From the NCBI GenBank assembly GCA_905178155.1, contig CAJINV010000010.1:3182587-3246586 (forward strand): a DNA stretch of 64,000 nt, read 5' to 3'. Of this stretch, positions 52,701 to 61,681 are shown one piece after another (the stretch's first letter is position 1; the number at the start of each line of letters is the position of its first letter). The notes beneath the pieces were generated by a model, which ran no database searches, had not been told where the DNA came from, and saw only the letters and a program-made list of their open reading frames with translations. Position numbers and translations under genes: made by a program. Origin of the DNA: Amoebophrya sp. A120. Lineage: Eukaryota; Protista; Dinoflagellata.

Positions 52701-55475
52701 GCTGCTGGATCAGGTGGTGATTTATCGGTGTCTTATTACTGCTGTGAAGGCCGCCTCCTGCGGAACCCGTTTTATTGGTCAAATCCGCACCTCCTGCGGT
52801 ACCAGCGCCTGCTCCCTTAGCCATACTCGAGGCGGAGGTCACCTGCATATTTTGCTGGTTGCTCGCAGTAGTTCCGAACTCTTCGCCGCTGGAGCTGGTG
52901 ATGTGGTGCAGTTGGTCCTTTGGATCGAGGGTCGCAGCGGTTGCTTGGAGGGAGGAAAACATGGGCATCGTCCCGTAATATGCATTGCAAATGTGTCTGG
53001 GCGGTCTGGAACAATGCAATTCGTCACGCTGAGTCGGGATCGTGCAAAGATTTGTGTTGCATGGTTACCAGAAGTTGTCTACAACTTCTGAACAAGTTTG
53101 GAGGCAGTTTCTCATGCAGGAAACGCATGATAGAGATCTCACAGATTCTGTCATGCTAGATGCTGCATGCCAGACCTCATGGGTCATGGAAAACCTGCAT
53201 GACAAGTGCAAGTCTCGCAAAAATCCTCCAGACCCAGCATTATTTGCAGTTGATACGTAACGAAATTCGTCCATTTCGTTTTCCGTTCTCTTCTATCCTG
53301 TGCAAAAGCATGGTATTCGTATTGCAATCATGCATTACAAATCTTTGTGTTAAGTCAAATCCGCATTACAAATTTTACTTCCCATGCTGAGGAAATTTGT
53401 AATGCATTTATACGAGTACGATGCTTTTGCAATGCATATCTTCCGCCCGACTTGCAGCTCGCCGTCCGGTCCCAACAGCTGTTCCTCCTCCTCGTCGCTG
53501 TCATCTTCCCCTTGCACGCCCGTCTCGTCAATCTGCACCCCCCACGTTTCAAAAGCCCGCTTCAAACAGTCCGCCGCTTCTTCCAGCGTACAGAGGAATC
53601 CCTTGGGCACCTGGTCCGGCGGCCCGAAGATAATCTTCTGCCGCTTCTCCTGGGAATAGTTGAGATACGGTGGATATCAAATGCAAAAGTGTCTGGGTCT
53701 GGGAGAATGCAACTTGTAATGCGTATTTCAGAACACAGAAAAGTCTCTCATGCATACGTAGCAAAAGCTGCCCACTTTCTGTCAGCAAAATAGGGGACTT
53801 GTCATGCGGATTCGGCATTGCGGAAGCTTCTCGAAACCTGTGATGCTAGAGCTTCCATGCCAGACCTTCTGTGTCATGCAAAAACAGCATGACTCTTCCA
53901 GACCCAAACATTTTTATATTTCATAGTGGAATCGGCTGCCCGGCCAAAGTCGTCGGCCCGCCCTGGTACAGTTCGCCGAACTTGGCGAGGGTTGTCGGGT
54001 ATGGCATTCTCAACTGTTACACTCTCAACTGTTACATGAATTTGTAATGCAAGACTGCCAAACGTGAAAGCAGGAAGATTGCGCCTTTTGCATTACAAGT
54101 TTGGCGCCGATTTAGATGCTGTTTAGCCCTTCCGAAATTTGTCATGCGAAGCAGCTCGATCACCTGCCGGCTTAAGGTACTTTTGCATGACAAATTCATG
54201 TAACAGTTGAGCATGTAACGTTTGAGAACGCCATATCGTGCGGCGACCTGCTCCCGACGTGGAAGATGAAGTGCTAGTAGCAAAACCTGCTGAGGGAACA
54301 AGATTTTGATCAGTAGAAGAGCCTCCTCCTGGTGCACCATTGTTTTTCATCTGTTGCAACATACTCACTGCGTGCTTATGCGGGGACAAAAAATCCGGCA
54401 ATCCCTGGGACGTGACAGTCGGGTCCGCGCTGTAGTTTTTCCCGAACGCGTGCGTAGAATCGTCCAAAACATCCTTAAACGAGGCTTTCTCCAGATCCAG
54501 CTTATCTTTTTTACTCCTTTTCTGACCGCCAGCTCCTTTAGTCGTCGCGCCGTCAGTTTTGCCATTCCCCGTGTAACCGCTGTTCCAAGTTTTCTGCCAC
54601 TCCGCCATGGGCACTTTTCCCGGATTTACCGCACCCTGCGCGGCGGTCAGAGCCTGCTGCTGGTGTGGTCCTGATAAAGTTGTGCCTTGTTTAGTATTTT
54701 TCCCCTGCTTCACAGCTCCGTCCACAATGTATTTGTTGTTGTTCGCACAATACTGCTGCCAGAACCGCCACTTCCGCTCCCACTCGTCCAGCAATACCGG
54801 CGTCCCTGGCTTCAGCATCTCGTTCTTCTTGTTTTCGAAACGGTCGCGCTTCAGCTTCTCGTTCGCGATTTCAGTAAAGGACTTGTGTCCGGTATGGATT
54901 GTAAAAATGTCTGGGTCTTGAAGATTAGCACTTGTAATGCTTGCTTTCCATACCTAGAAAATCTGTATTGCATAACCAACAAAAGTCGCAGCCTCTTTTG
55001 TCATGCAAAAACGCAGTTTCTCATTCGGATTGCCTATGAGAAAGCGCGTTGGGAAGTTGTCATGCCGGACTGCATTCGGAAGTGTTTTCCTCATGCCCAT
55101 TTTAGCATCACAAGTTTCCAGACCCAGACATTTTTGCATTTGATATCCGGTGAGAACCGACAAAACGAAGCACTGCGCCTTGTAGGAAATCAGTTCTCGT
55201 TTGTTCAGCGAGTGTTTCCGCAGAATGATCCGCAGCACACGGAAAAGATTCTTCTCGACTCTGGTTTGCGGGTTAAACTGCTCGTACAGGTTCTTCAAAG
55301 GCTGGTCGCACTGTGGGAAAAGCAATCGCGGGACGATTCCAGACTGCTGTAGTGCCGCTTTATTGTCCGCGATGGCGGCTTGTGGGGCCTGTTTCGGTGC
55401 GTTGCGACCACCTGCTCCCGGGGCGGGCTTGTTGGGACCTGATGAAATTATATACATCTTGACGGAGAGCTTCAT
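31800..55475 (-). CDS. Giant multi-exon protein (roughly 4000 aa if one gene) with an RNI-like LRR block (42767-44145) and coiled-coil/low-complexity regions
   Basis: LRRs LLDLANLNL, LKDLDLAWN, LNRLNLNG, LKALDLSKN, LQFLDLSFN, LKSLELRGN. Joins checked in frame at 31893, 34088, 34391, 39666, 40436 and 42503; stop at 31800. It could still be more than one gene. Confidence 0.65.
31893..32155. mobile_element. Introner family G (TATA..GCTCAnGTGTTACAATCTCAAACG)
   Basis: DR TTCTG/TTTTG. Confidence 0.85.
32456..32761. mobile_element. Introner family F variant
   Basis: DR TCGAT/TCGAC. Confidence 0.85.
32836..32996. mobile_element. Introner family A
   Basis: DR TCAGG/TCACA. Confidence 0.75.
33084..33376. 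mobile_element. Introner family H (AAAAACGTCCCCA)
   Basis: DR TTGGC/TTGGT. Confidence 0.85.
33501..33728. mobile_element. Introner family E
   Basis: DR TCAGA. Confidence 0.9.
34088..34243. mobile_element. Introner family A
   Basis: DR AAAGT. Confidence 0.9.
34391..34650. mobile_element. Introner family B
   Basis: DR TCGCT. Confidence 0.9.
34693..34914. mobile_element. Introner family E
   Basis: DR ATCTC/TTCTC. Confidence 0.88.
34968..35121. mobile_element. Introner family A (left end TCT)
   Basis: DR TGAGT. Confidence 0.85.
35346..35607. mobile_element. Introner family B
   Basis: DR GCGGT. Confidence 0.9.
35658..35926. mobile_element. Introner family G
   Basis: DR AGCGC/AGCGT; ends GTA. 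Confidence 0.82.
36447..36698. mobile_element. Introner family B
   Basis: DR TTCCA. Confidence 0.9.
36741..37055. mobile_element. Introner family F
   Basis: DR GAGTC. Confidence 0.9.
37492..37648. mobile_element. Introner family A
   Basis: DR TTCCT. Confidence 0.9.
37690..37990. mobile_element. Introner family H
   Basis: DR GGTGT. Confidence 0.9.
38094..38328. mobile_element. Introner family E
   Basis: DR TCTGT. Confidence 0.9.
38705..38915. mobile_element. Introner family I
   Basis: DR GTTGC; ~32-bp TIR. Confidence 0.9.
38962..39271. mobile_element. Introner family D
   Basis: DR AATGT. Confidence 0.9.
39666..39815. mobile_element. Introner family A
   Basis: DR CAAAG/CAAAC; join RYVFDLL. 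Confidence 0.9.
40436..42373. mobile_element. Introner family F with nested 1.6-kb TIR element
   Basis: DR AGCAG/AGTAG; flanking exons in frame. Confidence 0.85.
40543..42162. mobile_element. Non-autonomous TIR element with 6-bp TSD, filled with 11-bp repeats and palindromes
   Basis: TSD GGACTG; imperfect 22-bp TIR TTGACACGGAAACACCTCGACA; (GTCGATTCCTT)n; TTTCGTACAATTGTACGAAA repeated. Confidence 0.85.
42503..42766. mobile_element. Introner family B
   Basis: DR CAGAT; join VNDNLWDF. Confidence 0.92.
44146..44310. mobile_element. Introner family A, diverged
   Basis: DR CGTTT. Confidence 0.85.
44366..44627. mobile_element. Introner family B
   Basis: DR TGAAC. Confidence 0.9.
45010..45277. 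mobile_element. Introner family B
   Basis: DR AAGGT/AAAGT. Confidence 0.88.
45334..45642. mobile_element. Introner family H
   Basis: DR AACAG. Confidence 0.88.
45694..45838. mobile_element. Introner family A
   Basis: DR ACCTC. Confidence 0.9.
45875..46024. mobile_element. Introner family A (left end TAC)
   Basis: DR GTAGG. Confidence 0.9.
46302..46461. mobile_element. Introner family A
   Basis: DR AATCA. Confidence 0.9.
46516..46763. mobile_element. Introner family C
   Basis: DR CATGG; ends GTA. Confidence 0.88.
47194..47515. mobile_element. Introner family F
   Basis: DR TGGTC. Confidence 0.9.
47986..48307. mobile_element. Introner family F
   Basis: DR TGGAC. Confidence 0.9.
49103..49364. 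mobile_element. Introner family B
   Basis: DR CATGC. Confidence 0.9.
49427..49834. mobile_element. Introner family E, expanded (408 bp)
   Basis: DR CGGGT. Confidence 0.88.
51416..51662. mobile_element. Introner family E
   Basis: DR GACCG/GATCG. Confidence 0.85.
52320..52577. mobile_element. Introner family B
   Basis: DR TCAGT. Confidence 0.88.
52979..53255. mobile_element. Introner family B
   Basis: DR CGTAA. Confidence 0.88.
53294..53438. mobile_element. Introner family A
   Basis: DR TCTTC. Confidence 0.9.
53675..53925. mobile_element. Introner family B
   Basis: DR GTGGA. Confidence 0.9.
54000..54235. mobile_element. Introner family C
   Basis: DR TCGGG/TCGTG. Confidence 0.88.
54893..55145. 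mobile_element. Introner family B
   Basis: DR TCCGG. Confidence 0.9.
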
Positions 55476-56597
55476 CACATTCACAGCTTTATGATCATCA
55501 TTTGCAGTAGTACAAAAGCATCACGTACTGCAATGATCAACCTATGATTATACCAGGCACAGCCGCTCCCAAACTGCCGCACGGTAGGTCTTCATCCTTT
55601 GGGCCGGACGAAAGCCACCAGAGATCTAACAGCAAATCTCGGTACCGCCGGATTAGACCCTTATACGGGTAACCGCTGCCTGTACTCATTGTGTTGATGT
55701 ATAGCGACTGACTAATTTACCTTTCGTATCGTTTTTTAAACTCCTTCCAGGAGTTCACCAAAAAAATCTCCACCTCCATCGGGCAGAGTTTTTGACGCAT
55801 GGCCCGGGCACGTCTTGTAGTTCTCTGTAGGTTTTTTTGATTTCGAAGATGCAGCATTCATTTACTTCAGTGGATCAGCGACAATAAAACGAAGCAGGAG
55901 GCAATGCGAGTGCCAATGCCAAAAGAAAGAAAAAGAACCCAGTTGTGTCCTTGCCGAAATAAAAAGTAAAACTACCCCGACGAAAAGATTGACTAAGGCA
56001 AACCCGGACAGACACCAGCGATCAAGATCGTGAGTGGTCGACCAGGTACAACAATCTTTGACCGAACGCGACTTCTTGTCATCTTCACTAGCACAGGAGC
56101 TAGTACTAGCCAAAAATTAAAATGCGAAAGTGATGCCAATGCCACGAAGTGAACCTTTAGTTTTTTCATGCATGAGGATCTTCACGATGCCCAGACGACG
56201 CAATGATCCACAACGAACTACATGATCCATGATTCCGGGAAATAAAATCATCTAGCCGTAGTTGCGTACTTGTTGAACGAAGTAGAAATTCCCCACGACA
56301 TCATGCGTAGAAATACTCATCAGCAAGAAACCAAGAAAGAGAAGAACTACGGGGCAACAACTCGGGGAGGGCAGAAGTTCTTTGCGCGTTTGGGTCAAGT
56401 AGCACCTTCTGCGCGACGTTCATCTTATTTCTTGATTAACCGGACTACTTGTTACTTCGCACACCAGCTGCATTTGAGTTATTGTATCTTTTCCGAGTCG
56501 TGTAGATTCAGTCCTACTCCTAGTCGTTCTCTTTATTGTCCTCACGTACTTGCACGCATATTAAGATGAGGGAACTACTATGTATTGACATCATGAT

Positions 56598-59500
56598 TTA
56601 AAGATTATGCCGATAGTAGCTAAATTCCCTTCTCGCAGTGCTGGGACTTCGGTAGAAGGTCTCCGCCTCCCTTTCTGTGCCCTCTAACAGTTTCTCCGCT
56701 AGGAAAAGCTTCTCTTCTTTTTCAAAAAAGTCCTCGTTAGTCGCCCCTGGAACCAAGAAACCTTCTCTGTGTTGTTGAGCGACTGGATCTATTATTCCCC
56801 CAGCAGTATCATCAAAACTACTAGTTGCACTTTTAAACCTCACCTGCGGCGGCAAAATTTCGTCGTTCAGAACCCTCTGTGCCTCCTCCCACAGTTTCGC
56901 GAATTTGCGCATGTCCAGGAAAATGTTCTGGGAGTGCCAGAAGCCGCCGCCATACTCCGCAATGTACTGCTTAATCATGTACCACCGCGATTCCCCGTTG
57001 TTAGACTTGTGCACCTCGCAATTGTGGTGTACTTTCCCGTTCAACCTGGTCAGCCCGCCAAAATGCGTCACGGGGTTCATGTATCAAATGCAAATATGTC
57101 TGTAATTATGCAGGGTCTAGTATCTTCAGAGGTTCTTCGGCAGGGTAGATGTGGTCTATGCGATGCCTATCTCGTCGCATGAGGAATGTTGCCGTCTCAA
57201 GATCCTGGCTAAAAATGGACACCATCTTTTCCGAGTTTTGTACGACGGACTTTTGCGTGACGGTCACAAAGCATCACAAGTCTCCTCCTGCACTGTTCTA
57301 CTTCTTCCAGAAGATCTAGATCCAGACATATTTGCACTGCATATCATGTTCCACCCGCGATCGCAGAAGCCGTTTAGCGGGGGAAAGGTGTCCAACAGGA
57401 TCGACCCCGGCTTCATAAACACCGCCCAGGCGTTAGCTGCGCCGGTCGCCCCCATCCAGATGTCCGCTTGTCTGGCGAGAAAGTACTGCGTGGTTGGCGT
57501 GATTTGCTCCAGATACACGACTATGCATTGCAAAAGGAGCATCGCACTCGTGCTAATCGCATTCATGCATTACAAATTTCTTTCTTTAGTCAAATCCGCA
57601 TTACAAATTTCATTTCTCAAGCGGAGGAAATTTGTCATGCGATTTATTTTTATACTAAGTTAGTACGATGCTTGTTTTGCAGTGCATAACGACCAGCACC
57701 GCGACTTTGCCAACCGAGGAGAGAAATGCGAGTAGCTCGCTCAAGTTTTCAAAGGTCCTTATGGCGTTCTCAACTGTCACATTCTCAACTGTTACATGAA
57801 TTTGTCATGCAAAAACAGCAATAGGGAAAAGGTAAAGCTTGCAAGTCTTGCATCACAAGTTTCGCACGGATTTGGATGCTGTTTGGCACTTCGATAATTT
57901 GTCATGCGAAGCAGCTTAATCGTCTTGCGGCTCATGCTCATTTTACATGACAAATCACGTAACAGTTGAGAATGTATCGTTTGAGAGCGCCATAGTCCTC
58001 TTCGCTTTTTTCTGGCGCTATGAACTGCAAAAGTATCGTACTAGTATAAATTGCATGACAACTTGGCCCAGCATTAAGAATTAAATTTGTGATGCTGATT
58101 TACCTTGAGAACGAGATTTGTAATGCATAAATGCAATTAGTACTACGAGTACGATACTATTGCATTGCATAGGCGCTGCACAATCACCAAATTCGTCTCC
58201 ACCGGTATCCAGGACCAAAACTGCGTAAGTGTAACTTTGTAGAAAGAAGAAGAGCAGCATCACAAATTCGCTTTGCATTTTTACAGGAAGAAGAACCTGT
58301 CATGCAAAGGCAATATCTGAAAACACGTAGGAAAGTAGCCTATGACGCAGACCCAGCATGACAAATGTATACAGTTTTGCATTTTCTGCATGACAGATTT
58401 ACACTCACACAGATTTTTTCTTGCATAACCGGGTGTGTGCTGTTTTCAAAGCGGTACAGCGTAGACACTTCTTCTACTTCTTCCTGCTGGTGTCCTTCGT
58501 CGTCATTCGCTTTTGTTCTTGGCGCACCAGCGCCGGGAATGTCCTTCAATGGTAGCGAGGTGCGCGGGAATTCGTGCAGGCAGGTGTGGTCGCGGAAAAA
58601 ATCGCAGTCGTGGGGATTTTTGCTGTTTGCACGAATGTTGGATGATGATGAAGCAACAGCCCCTGCGGTTTTAGTACTTATGCTGCCGTATCTATGTTGG
58701 TATGCGAGGATCGCGTGTTGCATGTCGTTAGTTACTTCTGCGCCGGTGCTAGTAACTTCAATATGATGATCTCCCGGAAGCTCCGCGGTTGTGGAACCTC
58801 CCACGATTATATCCTCGTCTACCTTGCTCCAAAGCATGCGCCGGTAATAGTCCCACTCGACGGAGCAACAGCGGACTAACGAGTTGGACATCGTCTTCAA
58901 CTTCGAGGCACTGGTGAATCGATTCTTACCGGGATTGGAATTCATGAACAGGTTTCGGTGCACATTCTCGTAGCAGTAGGCTTTGACTTCTTCTTCCGTG
59001 TCCAAGTTCCGCAGAGTTGCAGGGCAGTCCGGGTTCTTGTGCGGGAGGTGAGGGATGGGGCCTACTTCTGCGGAAGTAGATTTTTGGTGCTCCTGTAGTT
59101 GTCCTACATTTGATGTTCCCGTCGAGGACGAAAATTCCTCATGTACTCGGGTTAACATGAAGTTGAAGATCCTACTCGTAACGAAGCCGCCGATACCGGT
59201 GCGGAGCGGCTCGCGGCCAAAGACGATACCTTGGAGGTTTTTGGAAGTAGTAGAGGATTTGATCTCAACTCGAATGACCGTTCTTCGTCGAAGTGTATGA
59301 AAGGATCAATAGCGCTTCCGCTTTCTTCTGTAGCCGACTGCTTTGCTTGGTACGACTACTTAGCACAAGAACGTCTTCAAATGCCGCTGCAGCGAGCTTT
59401 ATTCGTCTACAGATCTAGATCACTGAAAATGAGAATGAAACCACAGCACAACTCTGTAGCAGTACGCTCGTAGCATCTTGGCTTTAAGTCCTGCCCGAGC

Positions 59501-61601
59501 GGTATGGGCGGGTTGTAGCTCAGCAGGCTCCACCAAAATTTCACGATGCCCCCTTGGTCGAACGCTTGCGAGTTTCCCTGGATGATCTATCCTGTGCAAA
59601 AGCATCGTCTGCTAGTAGAAGTCATTGCAAAATTGCCATCGATATCTTCAGTGTGAGTCATGCTGAATTTTACCTGGGAAACCAGATTTGTCAACGTCAT
59701 GCAACAAAATTGCAATTACTAAGACCACCTCGATAACAAGTACTCTGGAAAAATTGCCCAGGATATCATTTCTAGAATATCGACCTGTGTCTGATCCGGC
59801 AGGCGCATGTAGGGGAGGTTGTTGTGCTTTTCACTTTTCTTGTATTGCCCGGTCAAAACCCGCCAGAAATGGTTCATCTTTTCCTCCTGCTTCTGGTTGG
59901 GGAACTCGAACCGGATGTCGACTTTAAAGGGGTCTGCACAGATCCCGTACTCCTCAGCCTGCAACTGGTAAAACGCCGGGGCAGTCAAGTGGAGCAGGTG
60001 GTAGGGATTTCCCTCGGAGACGCCCGCCATCATCGCGGTCACAACGTAGAGTGTGTCCGTGTAGTGACTCGTCGCGTTGTTGCACATCGCGCTTTGGAAG
60101 GCTTGCTTCTTCTGCGTCGACAGCCTCCTCGTCCCTGGGTCGATATCGCCGTCGAAAACTAGGTTCGTGAACCAATAGTTACCAAACTCCCCACAGGTCC
60201 GCAAGGCCGTGAAATCTCGCTTTTCCTCCCCGGTCAGCCCGAAGAGGTGCAGCTGATTGCCGTGGATGCAGGCGTTTTCCATATGACAGTGCACAACTCG
60301 TCCCGGTCCCCCTCATTTCTATTTTTGCATGAACACCCGCACCTGTGGAGCCTGTGCATGACAAGTTCATGCGCGTAATGCAGTACGTACTGGGGAGCTC
60401 CTAGAGCTTCCGGAATCTGTCATGCAAACGGTACCTCCACAGAGCACCGCGGCTTCCTTGGATTTGGTATTTTGCATCACAAATGAGAGCGCGGAGGGGG
60501 AGCTGTGCACTCACATATTCCACCAGCGTGGCGCACTTCGTGGAGGAGAGGAAAGATAGCTTCGACTTCTTGAGTCGTTGTGTTTTTTCGTCACGGTCTG
60601 CTGTACTTCCAGGTGAAGGAGAATGCTCCTGTCCGCAGTGCCGCGATTTCTTCATCGCTTTATTGCGCGGCGCTGCTGTGTCGGACTCGGAGGAAATCAG
60701 TGCGCTTGTTGAAGTTGTAGACAGGGAACTGCAAGTTTTCACGGGCGATGGTGTTAAAAAAGGCTCATCTTGATCTTGATCGTCGGAGGACGTCAGTGCA
60801 TCAACTTCTTGTTGTAGTGGTGGCGTTGCTCCTCTTTTGTAGCTGTTCTTCTGCGCTGCGCCTCTAGTTCTACTTGCCGAAGTTCTTCTTGCAGTTACCG
60901 ACAATTTTTGGTTGAAAAACCGGGCTTCTGACTGTCTATTCTCCCGGCTGCGCCAAATGATCTGCTGCAGCAGTTTCGGGCTCGCGTCCATGAATATGAA
61001 CTGCAAAAGTATCGCACTCTTATATATAAAAAAATGCATCACAAATTTCCTCAGCATGAAAAAACGAATTTGTCATGCTAAATTACCTAAGAACCCAGAT
61101 TTGTCATGCTAGTCTGGCATTTATACGAGTACGATACTTTTGCACAGGATAATGAAATTCAAGGATTTTTTCGTCCCGGTGCGCCGCTCCAGTTCCCCCG
61201 ACAAGTCCGTGAGCGTCAGGACAAGGTTGCGGTAATTGTCGTAAAATTCTTCGACATCGTATCCCCAGACCGACCGGTCCAGACACGACGTCACCAGGGG
61301 GATTTGGTAGCTATGAATTGCAAAAGTATCGTACTCCTACTCGTATAAATGCATTAGAAATTCAAACTTCCTCAGCATGAGAAATAAAATTTGCCATGCG
61401 GATTTGCGTCAAGAAAAAGATTTGTAATGCATGGCTGCAACTACTACAAGTACAAATACAATACTATTGCAGTTCATAGTAGTTCGCGAGCTGCATATAC
61501 CGGTAGTAGTGCCGGAGGTTCCGCTGGAGACCGAATTTCCCGGGCTCCCGACTGTCCTCGTCCTTTAGGAGAAAAGGTATGCACTGCAAGAGTTTCGACA
61601 T
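56598..61601 (-). CDS. Glycosyltransferase family 61-like (DUF563/EOGT-type) protein, multi-exon
   Basis: ENACIHGN, GNPYHLLHL and VVYLEQITPTTQYFLARQADIWMGATGAANAWAVFMKPGSILLDTFP resemble the GT61 C-terminal motif. The first two joins are in frame from ATG 61601. Confidence 0.65.
57082..57343. mobile_element. Introner family B, diverged
   Basis: DR TCATG. Confidence 0.85.
57522..57688. mobile_element. Introner family A
   Basis: DR ACGAC. Confidence 0.88.
57760..57994. mobile_element. Introner family C
   Basis: DR GTCCT. Confidence 0.9.
58019..58171. mobile_element. Introner family A
   Basis: DR GGCGC. Confidence 0.9.
58206..58427. mobile_element. Introner, diverged I-like
   Basis: DR ACCGG. 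Confidence 0.8.
59588..59765. mobile_element. Degenerate A introner
   Basis: TATCCTGTGCAAAAG left end; DR TGATC/TCATT. Confidence 0.6.
60282..60517. mobile_element. Introner family E
   Basis: DR TTCCA. Confidence 0.9.
60995..61151. mobile_element. Introner family A
   Basis: DR ATGAA. Confidence 0.9.
61312..61478. mobile_element. Introner family A
   Basis: DR GTAGC/GTAGT. Confidence 0.88.
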
Positions 61602-61681
61602 TTTGGTTTTCGTACTACCTACTGCACTCGCACATAAAACATTTTTCTTCGAATTTTCTCATGCTGATTCAAGTTTATTAA

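Noticed and set aside
9302-61348. Recurrent peptides YPVQKYRTR, CKNVWVWK, FQTQTFLHL and LRKFVMH as a protein repeat family
   Set aside because: They are translations of introner TIRs; removing them restores conserved host domains.
1752-61478. Interpreting the host genes as MITE-killed pseudogenes
   Set aside because: Exons stay stop-free and in frame across the junctions tested, old and young, and catalytic motifs are intact.
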